Below are positions 9,519 through 18,779 of a stretch of DNA of 64,000 bases, piece after piece (position 1 is the stretch's first letter; each line of letters begins with the position of its first letter). The translations under genes were made by a program, and so were the position numbers. Where the stretch lies: assembly GCA_038225475.1 (NCBI GenBank), contig JBBRRA010000004.1, positions 168,710 through 232,709 on the forward strand, in the 5' to 3' direction. Below the pieces are notes generated by a model. That model worked only from the letters and a program-made list of their open reading frames with translations, was not told the DNA's origin and ran no database searches. The DNA comes from Sphingomonadales bacterium (lineage in GTDB: Bacteria; Pseudomonadota; Alphaproteobacteria; Sphingomonadales; Sphingomonadaceae).

Positions 9519-11824
9519 TCGACCCCGCTGCCCTGCCTGATTTCGGCCGCGCGTCGGGTGCTGGCGAGGCGCTGGCGTATCCGCCGCTGGCTTCGGGTTC
9601 ATGGGCGGTGCTGCCCGATGCGTTAACGCTTGCCCGCGGTCCATCGGGAGCCCCGCTGCTGTCGCTCGTGCTCGAAAAGCGCGCCGACGATCTGGGCAGT
9701 GCCGGCCAGGGCGCGGTGCTCGATATTGCGCTGGCGGGCCACTATCCGCTCGATGCGGCGCTGGCGACCGCGCGCGCCGGCGATCCGGTCGCGACGGTGC
9801 GCGCGCTGCCGATCGACGCCGGGTTCGCGCGGCTGATTCAGGCTGGAATTGCACTCGATCTCGATCCCGCAACACGCGCGCCGGTCGCGCTTGGCTGGAC
9901 GGTGTCCGACGGCGTGCGCTGGACGCAGCGGATCGGCACGGCGGCGGGCACGCTGATCCGCGGCGCGATGACCGCAGGCGCATTTCCATTTACCGCGCGC
10001 GTCGAATTCACCGTGCTTGGTATTGCGCCCCGTTTTCCGGTGCGCCTCAGCTGCGATCCGCGCAGTCTTGTCACCGCCGCGCTTGCCGCGCACACCGACC
10101 GGCGCATCGATCTCGAAACGTTGTTTGCGTTTTGCACCAGTGCGGCGGGGCGCGCGCTGGTGCGCCTCGATGGCACGATCGACGACCGCGCGCTCGGGCA
10201 GGTGCTGGTCGACCGGCTGTTTGCGACGTGCGCCCGGCTGGTTCCGTCACCACAGGCCGGCGACCCGCCGTGGATCGAGCTCGGCATCCCCGCTGCCGGG
10301 CCGGTTGACTGGGACTTGCGCACGCCGACGGTGGTGCCGCGCGCGCATGCCTTGCAGGTCGATGTGGCATCGGCGTTGCACCATGACGATCTTGCAGCGC
10401 TCGTGCGCGATGTGACCGTGCCGCCGCTCGACCTCGGGCTGCACCGGTTGACGGTGTCGGCCAACCTGCCGTCGCCGCGGGTCGGCATCCCCGCAATCGG
10501 GACGCGGGTCGAAATCGCCGCCAATCCACCCGCGCGGCCGAGTGCGATTTCAAACACGCTGCTGTTCGAGCCGCCCGCCGACAGCGCGACCGCCGATGTG
10601 CATCTGGCCGCGGGCGAAATACTCGAATACCGCTTGGTACCCTTCACGATCATCGCCGCCGGCGCCGATGTGCTGCAGGCCGATGCCGCAGCGATCGTGC
10701 CAGCGACCGACTGGGTTCAGCTGCAGGCAAGCGATTTCGCGCTGCGCTTTTGCCATGTGACCGCGAGTACGCGGCTGCTTGCGCTTGCGACGATTGAGGG
10801 CGAGCTGCGCTATGCTTGGCAGGGGGCGACGCTGCACCAGCCGTTCGCGCTCGACGCAGCGACGCCCGGTCTCGCCGTCGCCATGCCGCAGGGCGCCGAT
10901 GCGACACTGGCGTTGACGGCGGTCGCGCTCGACGGTGCGCACCGCGTCGCGCTGGGGACGGCGCTCACCGACCGGATCGCGCTCGATCTCGCGAGTATCC
11001 CGGGCTATGGCCCGCACCGCGTCGTGGTCAGCGCGGCGTTACAGCCGGGCGATGCGCCGCTGCCTGTCGATTTGATTGGCGCGGACGGGGGCAACCCGAT
11101 GACCGTGACGCTTGCGCCGGGGTTTGCGCGAGCGAATTGGGGCTATGTCGCCGCGTCGCCGTTTCGCGCTGGCTACCGCTGGCGGATCGGTGCGGGCAGC
11201 TGGACCGAAGTCCGCGATCCGGCGCAACCGCTCGTGATCGGACGTGACATGTTTCCGCAAAAGCCGGTCCCCGCGCAGATCGACGGCGTGCATCTGTACC
11301 TCGATCCGGCGCAGCCCGGCACCGTACGGTATGTCCCGGCCGGGCCGGTTGCAGCGCACGACGGCGGCGGCCATCCGGCGGTCAGCGCGGTCCGCACCGC
11401 GACGGTGACCATGTTGCAGGTCGGTTCGACCTTCGCGATCACGACCGAACAGCGCGCCGCGATCACGCAGCAGCTGGCGATCGATGCCGCCGCGCTCCAG
11501 CCCGCACCGATCGCCATCACACATGTCGGGCTGCGGCTGACGGCCCCCGACGGCAACGAGCACGAGGTCGCGGGGTCATCGTCGTCGGGATTTCCGCCGT
11601 TCAACGCGGCGCTGTCGGCAGCGCTCGCGCCCGCCGACGGGGACCGCGCGATCAGCGCGATCAACGGTGGTGCCGGGCTGCTGTTCGTCGATTACGCCGT
11701 CGAGCTGCCCGCAGCTGCCGCCGCGACCTATCCCGACCGTGCCGCGGCACAAACGTTTCGCAGCGACATTGCGGGGTGGTTTCCAGCCGGTAGCGGAGCC
11801 GCGCATATCCAGATCGTTCCGTAA
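9515..11824 (+). CDS. hypothetical protein P2 (769 aa), core domain at both termini
   Basis: ATGA overlap with the P1 stop; N-terminal AYPPLASGSWAVLP..GAPLLSLV and C-terminal IDGVHLYLDPAQPGTVRYVP..GHPAVSAV. Confidence 0.8.
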   Translation: MIDPAALPDFGRASGAGEALAYPPLASGSWAVLPDALTLARGPSGAPLLSLVLEKRADDLGSAGQGAVLDIALAGHYPLDAALATARAGDPVATVRALPIDAGFARLIQAGIALDLDPATRAPVALGWTVSDGVRWTQRIGTAAGTLIRGAMTAGAFPFTARVEFTVLGIAPRFPVRLSCDPRSLVTAALAAHTDRRIDLETLFAFCTSAAGRALVRLDGTIDDRALGQVLVDRLFATCARLVPSPQAGDPPWIELGIPAAGPVDWDLRTPTVVPRAHALQVDVASALHHDDLAALVRDVTVPPLDLGLHRLTVSANLPSPRVGIPAIGTRVEIAANPPARPSAISNTLLFEPPADSATADVHLAAGEILEYRLVPFTIIAAGADVLQADAAAIVPATDWVQLQASDFALRFCHVTASTRLLALATIEGELRYAWQGATLHQPFALDAATPGLAVAMPQGADATLALTAVALDGAHRVALGTALTDRIALDLASIPGYGPHRVVVSAALQPGDAPLPVDLIGADGGNPMTVTLAPGFARANWGYVAASPFRAGYRWRIGAGSWTEVRDPAQPLVIGRDMFPQKPVPAQIDGVHLYLDPAQPGTVRYVPAGPVAAHDGGGHPAVSAVRTATVTMLQVGSTFAITTEQRAAITQQLAIDAAALQPAPIAITHVGLRLTAPDGNEHEVAGSSSSGFPPFNAALSAALAPADGDRAISAINGGAGLLFVDYAVELPAAAAATYPDRAAAQTFRSDIAGWFPAGSGAAHIQIVP

Positions 11825-11851
11825 CTCAAAGCTCGCCTGAAGGAGACCGAC

Positions 11852-14035
11852 GTGATCAATCTCGACAAGTCGCAGACGCTCGAAGGACTGATGGTCTATC
11901 CCGACGATACGACACCCAATATGTTCTTCGTCATTCCAGACCAGCCGCGCTTCCGGATCGACGAGGTCACCAAAAAGCCGGTGTTCACCTTCATCAAGTA
12001 CAAGCTGCCGATCGATCGTCCCGATGGATCGAAGGGCGGTGGCTTCGTCATCTTCGATGCAACGCTGACAGTCCCCGATGACAAGCGCAAAAAGATTTTA
12101 TCGACACTCGATGGTCAGCTGCAGGCGTCGGGATTTACCGGCGGCGACGGGCAGCCGCTCAAGGCGCAGCTTGGCCAGCTGACATTTTCGAGCGGCACCG
12201 CAAGCCTGGTGCTGCTCGACAGCGGCGGTGCGTTGGTCAGCAAGATCGAGAGCGTCGGCAAGCCGTCGCTCTACGGCTCGCTGATCTGCGCGTTTACCGC
12301 CGAGCTGTCGCCCGAAGGCGCGACGATCCTCGAGGCGGTGATGAAGAAATCCGGCGGCGTCGCGCAGATTGCCTATGACCTGCATTGTTCGGCGACGCTA
12401 CCGCCGATCACCGGGCGCGTCTGGTTTTACGCATCGAAATTCTACAGTTTCTACCAGTCGGTCGACAAAAGCGGCGGCAGTTGGGACAGCTCGAACAATA
12501 GCGAAACCGACACACAGCGCGAGAACTTCATCAATTCGCAAACCGGTGGCGTGTTCTTCGATTTCAGCCATTTGAATATTGCCGATCCCGAGGCGGCGCG
12601 CAAAACGCAGGATTCGATCACCAATTGGGGGTGGGCGCAGCTCGATACTGCGATCAAGACGGCGATCCTGCCCGATATCAAGGCTGCCGATGACCGGGGC
12701 GATCACGGGATGGACCATATCAAGAAGATGCAATCGACGTGGGAGTCGAGCAGCTTCGATCGCTATTTCTCTGAAAAGGAGGCGATCGACTTTCATATCA
12801 TCCCGCAAGGGACGTTGCCCAACATCACCGACATGGGCTTCAAATGGGAGGATTTCTTCGTCGAAGTCGACGCGAACGACCCGTTCTTCGCCCAAATCCG
12901 TTCATCGGTAGCAATCAATGCCGATTTCGCGAAGTTCAGAATCAATAGCGTCGATGTCCACTGCGAATATACCAAGGGCAACCCGGCGACGATTCAGGAT
13001 TTCCATTTCGTCAAAGCCGATGATATCGGCAAGTTCGATTCGAACACCGTCAACGGTGATATGGGCTATGCCTATTCCTACGAGGTTAATTACCTCGATC
13101 AGAGCAAGGCGTATTCGTCAGGATTGATCCCGACCAACAAGGGCCAGATTACCGTCAATGCCAATCAGCTCGGCATTTTATATGTCGACCTGACCGTGGG
13201 CAGCGTCGATTTCACCAAAACGCCGCAAGTGCAGGTCAGCATTCGTTATCCCGACGTCGATGCCAACGGTAACCCGATCAGTTCGCAGTTCACCTTTGCC
13301 AGCGACAAGAAATCCGACGCGCTGATCGCGGTCCTGCTCAAGCCGGTCGACAAGAAATACAAATATCAGACCAATTTCATCATGGCCGATGGCACGCAGA
13401 TCATCGGCGACTGGATCGAAAGCGACACGTCGCAGATTTATATCAACAGCCCCTTCGTGATGAAGACCTTCAGTTTCATCGCAGAAGCGGACTTCGCGAC
13501 CAGCGTCGATACGATCTTCCTCAAGATGAAATACGTCGATACGCCGAATAATATAGAGCAGGAGAGCGACTTCACCTTCAGCGCCAGCAATCTCAGCAAG
13601 GACTGGGCGATCCCGATCATCCGCAGCAACACCGGGCGGATCAGTTGTTCGGGCGTCATCATGTACAAAAATCACACGCAGGAAAACCTGACGGTGGTCG
13701 ATACCGACCGTGATCTGATTACCTTCGGGCCACCGAACCAGGCGATCGTCACCGTTGCGCCCGACACGACGCTGATCGATTTTACTCAGGTCAAACTGAT
13801 CAAGCTCGACCTTCATTATGCCGATGCGGAGAACAAGATCGATGTGAAGCACGAGTTCCTGCTGCGGGGCACCGGCGCGCCGCCGCAACCGTGGACGTTC
13901 TACGCGCGCGATCCGCAAAAGACTTCGTACAGCTATGTTGCAACGTTTTTCATGGCGACCACGCCGCCCAAGCAGGTGCAATTGGCACCAGCAACGAGCA
14001 GCGACACCGATCTCGTCCTCATGATGCCGTCGTAA
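11852..14035 (+). CDS. hypothetical protein P3 (727 aa): core plus four ~95-aa repeats
   Basis: AGGAG RBS, GTG start; VYPDD..FFVIP..PVFTFIKY..GGFVIFD..PSLYG..PQG..DPFF. Confidence 0.88.
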   Translation: MINLDKSQTLEGLMVYPDDTTPNMFFVIPDQPRFRIDEVTKKPVFTFIKYKLPIDRPDGSKGGGFVIFDATLTVPDDKRKKILSTLDGQLQASGFTGGDGQPLKAQLGQLTFSSGTASLVLLDSGGALVSKIESVGKPSLYGSLICAFTAELSPEGATILEAVMKKSGGVAQIAYDLHCSATLPPITGRVWFYASKFYSFYQSVDKSGGSWDSSNNSETDTQRENFINSQTGGVFFDFSHLNIADPEAARKTQDSITNWGWAQLDTAIKTAILPDIKAADDRGDHGMDHIKKMQSTWESSSFDRYFSEKEAIDFHIIPQGTLPNITDMGFKWEDFFVEVDANDPFFAQIRSSVAINADFAKFRINSVDVHCEYTKGNPATIQDFHFVKADDIGKFDSNTVNGDMGYAYSYEVNYLDQSKAYSSGLIPTNKGQITVNANQLGILYVDLTVGSVDFTKTPQVQVSIRYPDVDANGNPISSQFTFASDKKSDALIAVLLKPVDKKYKYQTNFIMADGTQIIGDWIESDTSQIYINSPFVMKTFSFIAEADFATSVDTIFLKMKYVDTPNNIEQESDFTFSASNLSKDWAIPIIRSNTGRISCSGVIMYKNHTQENLTVVDTDRDLITFGPPNQAIVTVAPDTTLIDFTQVKLIKLDLHYADAENKIDVKHEFLLRGTGAPPQPWTFYARDPQKTSYSYVATFFMATTPPKQVQLAPATSSDTDLVLMMPS

Positions 14036-14047
14036 CGGCCGAGCCCG

Positions 14048-16339
14048 ATGCTGTACCTCAACCCGCCCTATTTCCTGATCGACGGGGTTTCGATCTTCCC
14101 GGATCACGCCGATCCGCTGCAGTTCTACTATCTGCCAATGATGCCGCATCTGACCGTCGACGGCGACGGCGCGGCGGCGATGCCGCGGTTGCAGTTGATC
14201 GAATATCGCGGCGCGGCGGGAAGCGGCGGGTTCCTCAACTTCGATGTCAATCTGGGGCTTGCGCCCGACAAGCTGGCGAGCGTCGCGCAAGACCTCAAGC
14301 GTCAGGCACAGCTGAGCGACAACCCTCGGCTATCGCCGGTGACGTTCGTCGACGGGTCGGTCAAGTTGATGCTGCTCGGGGCCGAAAGTCCGCCGCCGGC
14401 GGGAGCGACGCCGGGCCCGCCGCCGCCCGCCAATGCGGCGACCGCGGCGCCGGGGGGCCCGCGGTTCGTTGTCAAGATCCAGAATGCCGTCAAACCGGCG
14501 CTGTTCGGCGACAATCAGGCGACGTTTTCGGTCCAGCTCGATCAATATGGCGCGACCATCCTGCGGCAGGCGCTAGCGGGCGAGCTGGCTCCGGTGGCGG
14601 TGGTCTATTCGCTCGATTTCATCGCGCTGCGTCCGGCATTCAACGTGCATCTCAGCATCGACTGGGACCGTGTCCACACCTATCTCGACGATCAGTTCAG
14701 CGGCGGGTTCCTGTTCGTTTCGGTCGATATCGACAAGGCGATCGACAAGCTGATCGAAGACCGAGCCATCGTCATCGAAATCGACAGCTTCATTCCCGAT
14801 GGCGACACCAGCAAGTCGACCAGCGGCGACCGCGACCGCGCGGTGGGCCAAGTCTATGATATGATCAAGGAAACTTTCTTTACACCAAGCATGCCGCCCC
14901 AAGGTAGCAACAACACCGGTGGCATGATCGAAACCGCGCGGACGATTGCGCAGCTGGTGCATAACGGCGGAATGGCGCTGTGTTCGAAGAAGAGCGTCGA
15001 CCTAACGCAGGTTGATAAAAAGACGCTGAACGTTAACATCCGCGAGCGCACCGCGGTACAGCGCACAATCTATCCGCAGGGTCATCTCAGCGGGCTGTTC
15101 GACACGTTGCGACGCCCCGGCGTGACGCTCGATCGCTTCGTTACCGAGGTCGATCTCGACAATCCGTATTTTCAACGGCGCACACTGACGGTAGCCACCA
15201 AGGCCGACTTCACCGCCGATGCGATCGCCTCGATCGACGTCAATCTAATGTACAATGGCATGATCCGGTCGGTCACGCTGACGACCGCGGCACCGAGCGC
15301 CGCGGTCGACTGGAGCAGCCTGCTCAAAAACGGCCAGATGGTTCGCGACGTGGCGTTCAGCTATACCGTTAATTTCAGCGGCAGTGTCGATAGCGCACAG
15401 CGCCCGGTGCAGCTGAGCGCCGCCCCCGGCACCACGATCGGCGACAGCATCGACATCGAACCGCGCAGCGATCTGTACGCGATCACGACGATCCCGATCC
15501 GCGCCGACAACCTGCCCTTCGACCGCTATCCCAATGTCGAGGTTGAATGCCGCTATCTCGATCCGGTGAGCAAGCTGCAGCAGCAGGCGAGCGCGCTTCT
15601 GACTGCGCAGAATAACGAGACGAGCTGGCAGATTTTCATGCGTGACCGCACGCAGCGCAGTTTTGAATATCAGCTGACCTTTGCGCTGGCGACCGGCGGC
15701 ACGCGCATTGTGCCATGGACGCAAACCGACGAGGGCAAGGTCGATATCAGCGACCCGATGCCGAGCAAGATCAACCTGACAATCCTGCCCGCGGTCGATT
15801 GGGCGAGCGTCAGCCAGATCATCCTGTTCGTGGCCTATCCCGGCAAGTCGAACCCGAGCGCCCATCAGAATTTCGTGATCAACGCGCAGACTGCAACCGT
15901 GCCGCTGTTCATCGCCGAGCGCCCCGATGGTGCGCCGCCGACAGTTTATTACGAAGTTCGCATCCTCGGCGCGCACGGCCATGTCTGGACGGTGCCGGGG
16001 TCGGTGACGACCGATAGCATCCTGACGATCCAGGAAGGCATGCTGGGGCATCAGATCATCGGCGTCGGCTCCGAGCCGATCGATTTCGCCGCGAAGCATG
16101 TGCTGGGGATCGATGTCCAGCTTCGCTATGTCGACGCCAAGCACGCGATCAACGCTACGACCAGTTTTACGCTGCAAAGTCAGAACGATAGCCAGTCGTT
16201 TGCGTTCGACTATGTCGATCCGGCGATCCGCGCCGAATATTCGGCGGTGATCCGGCTCGACAATGGCCAGAACCGCACGGTCGACTGGACGCCGGTAACC
16301 GGTAGCGTCGTCACCGTGCCGCTGCACCAACTCGACTGA
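14048..16339 (+). CDS. hypothetical protein P4 (763 aa): core plus four repeats
   Basis: IFPDHADPLQFYYLP..PRLQLIEY..GGFLNFD..PALFGDN..PQG..NPYF; 12 nt after P3. Confidence 0.88.
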   Translation: MLYLNPPYFLIDGVSIFPDHADPLQFYYLPMMPHLTVDGDGAAAMPRLQLIEYRGAAGSGGFLNFDVNLGLAPDKLASVAQDLKRQAQLSDNPRLSPVTFVDGSVKLMLLGAESPPPAGATPGPPPPANAATAAPGGPRFVVKIQNAVKPALFGDNQATFSVQLDQYGATILRQALAGELAPVAVVYSLDFIALRPAFNVHLSIDWDRVHTYLDDQFSGGFLFVSVDIDKAIDKLIEDRAIVIEIDSFIPDGDTSKSTSGDRDRAVGQVYDMIKETFFTPSMPPQGSNNTGGMIETARTIAQLVHNGGMALCSKKSVDLTQVDKKTLNVNIRERTAVQRTIYPQGHLSGLFDTLRRPGVTLDRFVTEVDLDNPYFQRRTLTVATKADFTADAIASIDVNLMYNGMIRSVTLTTAAPSAAVDWSSLLKNGQMVRDVAFSYTVNFSGSVDSAQRPVQLSAAPGTTIGDSIDIEPRSDLYAITTIPIRADNLPFDRYPNVEVECRYLDPVSKLQQQASALLTAQNNETSWQIFMRDRTQRSFEYQLTFALATGGTRIVPWTQTDEGKVDISDPMPSKINLTILPAVDWASVSQIILFVAYPGKSNPSAHQNFVINAQTATVPLFIAERPDGAPPTVYYEVRILGAHGHVWTVPGSVTTDSILTIQEGMLGHQIIGVGSEPIDFAAKHVLGIDVQLRYVDAKHAINATTSFTLQSQNDSQSFAFDYVDPAIRAEYSAVIRLDNGQNRTVDWTPVTGSVVTVPLHQLD

Positions 16340-16352
16340 AGGGAACCGGCCC

Positions 16353-18779
16353 ATGTTGCTGTTGTCGACCCACAGCTTCGTTGTCGAAGGTGTCACGGTA
16401 TTTCCCGATCATGCCGACCCGAACTTTTTCTGGTATCTGCCGGCACCGGTCGCGCTGGCACAGATGCCCGGCAGCGAGGAGCCACAGTTCCTGCTGATCG
16501 AATATGCCCCCGATGTTGCCGCAACCGGGGTCAAGGGCGTCGGCTTCCTCAACGTCACGACGTGGCTTCGCGTGCCGGACGATGTGCTGCAGGAAATCAC
16601 CGGGCAGATCCGTGCGCGCTTTCCCACCGCCGACCATCCGCAGCTTGGCCCGGTGCCGTTCGACGAGGGTAGCGTGCAGATCGTCGCGCTGGATCTGCAG
16701 GGCGGCGGCGGCACTGCCAACACGGCTCCGCCCGGCGCGTTCGAGGCGGTCGAACATATCCTCGGCGCGTCCTCGCCCGAGCTGTTCGGCGACAACAATG
16801 CGCTGTTCGCGCTGACGCTGAGCGAGGAGGGGGCAACGATCCTCGAGGCGGCGTTCGACAACGGGATGGCCCCCGTTGGCGCCATCTATAATATGAAATT
16901 CACCGGCGTCCGCCCGGCGATCGACGTCAAGATTACCGCGGATCTCAAACGGTGCTACGACAGTTTCAGCGTCGGAATCGAAGCCAAAGTATATTGGGTG
17001 TCGGCCGGGATCGACGCGACTTTCGAAAAGCTGCGGCAGGACGGCGCGATCAAGATTCAAGTCGTCAACCTTGCCGGCGACGCCGAATCGCTGCAGGCCG
17101 AACAAACCGCGCTCAACCTGTTCAAAGACCAGATCCTGTCGCAATGGTTCACGCCGAGCCTGTCGCCGACGACCGCTGCTGCCGCCGATGCCGGGATACC
17201 GCCGCTGGGGGGACAGACCGCCGCGACGACTCCGCCCGCGACCGCGCACCCGGTCACCACGCCGCCGGGCGGTGGTACAATCCCGCCGGTGAGCCATCCG
17301 CCGATGGGACAGGTGCCCGGTGTTCATCCGCCTGCCGTACCCGGCATGGGTCAGATGGGCACTCCGGTAACGGCGCATCCCCCCGGCGCGTCCGTGACGC
17401 CGCCCGCGCCCGCGGCGCTGGCTGCACATCCGACGCCTGCGGCAGGCGCGCCTGCGAGTGGCGCTGCCGGACCGGGCGCTTCCGGACCGGGCGGCGCGGC
17501 AGCTGCTGCGGGGGGCGCGGTCGGCGGCGCGCTGGGCGGCGCAACCGGGGCGAGCGTCGGCGCTGCGGCAGCGTCGGCTGCAGCAGCTGCGGCGGGTGCC
17601 GGGCACCCGGCGACGGCACCCGGCGCTCCCGCGCAGGGTGCGGCCGCAGGGCTTGCCGCCCTGCCGGGCGCTGCCGCGCAAGCTGCATCGGCGGCATCGC
17701 CGTTCGGCGTCGCGTTCAAGCTCAAGATTGTTCATCAGGACGAGCAAAAGACCGTCGAATATGAATATAACCGGATGGATGCGGTGCAGCGGGTGTACGC
17801 GCCGCAGGGCTATTTCGGGTTGATGCTCGCCAAGGCCGACCGAGCCAAACATTTCCTCAAAGTCGATGGGGTCGATCCGTTCTTTCACAAATTCACCGTC
17901 AACGTCGCGCCGCCGCGCGATTTTGCCAGTATCGGGCTGCAGACTGCGCATGTCGGGATCGATTTCGGCGATCCTGCCCGACCCGCCGATACCAAGCATG
18001 GCGATTTCGTTTTCGATGCGCAGCATGCCACCCCGCAGGATTGGTCGGTGTTTCAGGGCGAGGTGGCAAGCACCGAATATCGCTACACCGCCGACTATGG
18101 TTTCGATCCCGATGCGGGGTGGGACGGCGAGCACGACCGCTACGAACTGCCCGAAGTCACCACCGAAAATCGCCAGCTGGTGCTCGACCCGCGCGACTTC
18201 CTCGGCTTCCTGCAGGTGACTCTGCAGCCCGGCCACATCGATGCCGATCTCGTCGACCGCATCGACGTTGCGCTGCACTATGGTGCGCAAAACGGGTGGA
18301 CGAGCAGCGCCACCTTGTCCTTTCACCCCGGCAGTCCGGCGCAAAGCTGGAAAGTCCGGATCAGCGACCGCCGCGACAATCCGGTAACCGGCAAGTCGGC
18401 GTTCGAATACCGCTATGTCATCACTCGCATCCTGAAAACCGGGCAATCGCTTGTAACCGCCGAAACGACGACGACGGCGCGCGCGCTGATCGTCGATGAT
18501 CCGTTTCTATCGGCGCTCAATGTGACCGTGCAGCCGGTTTTCGAGGCGCAGAAGACCAAGCTCGCGGTCGTCGAGCTGCACTATGACGACGCCGCGGGCT
18601 ACCGTTTCCAAAAGACGCTGCAGCTTGCCGCCGGGGCGCCCGCGCAGACCGTGCGCATTCCGCAGATCGACCCGGCTGTCGGGCAATTCAGCTATCGGAC
18701 CACGCTGATCGATGCTGCGAACACCCGGGTACAGTCGGCGTTCGTCACCACCGCCGACACGCTGGTCCTCGTCGGTTGA
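16353..18779 (+). CDS. hypothetical protein P5 (808 aa): core with ~177-aa P/A/G-rich insert plus three repeats
   Basis: VFPDHADPNFFWYLP..PQFLLIEY..GFLNVT..PELFGDN..PQG..DPFF; 13 nt after P4. Confidence 0.88.
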   Translation: MLLLSTHSFVVEGVTVFPDHADPNFFWYLPAPVALAQMPGSEEPQFLLIEYAPDVAATGVKGVGFLNVTTWLRVPDDVLQEITGQIRARFPTADHPQLGPVPFDEGSVQIVALDLQGGGGTANTAPPGAFEAVEHILGASSPELFGDNNALFALTLSEEGATILEAAFDNGMAPVGAIYNMKFTGVRPAIDVKITADLKRCYDSFSVGIEAKVYWVSAGIDATFEKLRQDGAIKIQVVNLAGDAESLQAEQTALNLFKDQILSQWFTPSLSPTTAAAADAGIPPLGGQTAATTPPATAHPVTTPPGGGTIPPVSHPPMGQVPGVHPPAVPGMGQMGTPVTAHPPGASVTPPAPAALAAHPTPAAGAPASGAAGPGASGPGGAAAAAGGAVGGALGGATGASVGAAAASAAAAAAGAGHPATAPGAPAQGAAAGLAALPGAAAQAASAASPFGVAFKLKIVHQDEQKTVEYEYNRMDAVQRVYAPQGYFGLMLAKADRAKHFLKVDGVDPFFHKFTVNVAPPRDFASIGLQTAHVGIDFGDPARPADTKHGDFVFDAQHATPQDWSVFQGEVASTEYRYTADYGFDPDAGWDGEHDRYELPEVTTENRQLVLDPRDFLGFLQVTLQPGHIDADLVDRIDVALHYGAQNGWTSSATLSFHPGSPAQSWKVRISDRRDNPVTGKSAFEYRYVITRILKTGQSLVTAETTTTARALIVDDPFLSALNVTVQPVFEAQKTKLAVVELHYDDAAGYRFQKTLQLAAGAPAQTVRIPQIDPAVGQFSYRTTLIDAANTRVQSAFVTTADTLVLVG

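Noticed and set aside
17165-17696. Tandem DNA repeat or CRISPR-like array in the GC-rich low-complexity tract
   Set aside because: The repetition is at the amino-acid level (Ala/Gly/Pro codons); there is no fixed repeat-spacer periodicity.
16311-18446. 711-aa minus-strand ORF, and similar long ones at 7650-8777, 8901-9989 and 13178-14290
   Set aside because: Antisense shadows of the real + strand genes; Arg-rich, no motifs, typical of high-GC DNA.
7344-18779. P1-P5 as a contractile injection system, T6SS, phage tail or Tc toxin locus
   Set aside because: No recognisable sheath, tube, VgrG, PAAR, baseplate, AAA ATPase or RHS/YD repeats in the operon or its flanks.
5691-18779. Bacterial gasdermin plus protease defence system
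   Set aside because: Bacterial gasdermins are single ~250-280 aa proteins. These are five 724-808 aa proteins with repeats and no gasdermin-like motif I can see. Only the protease-activation logic is analogous.
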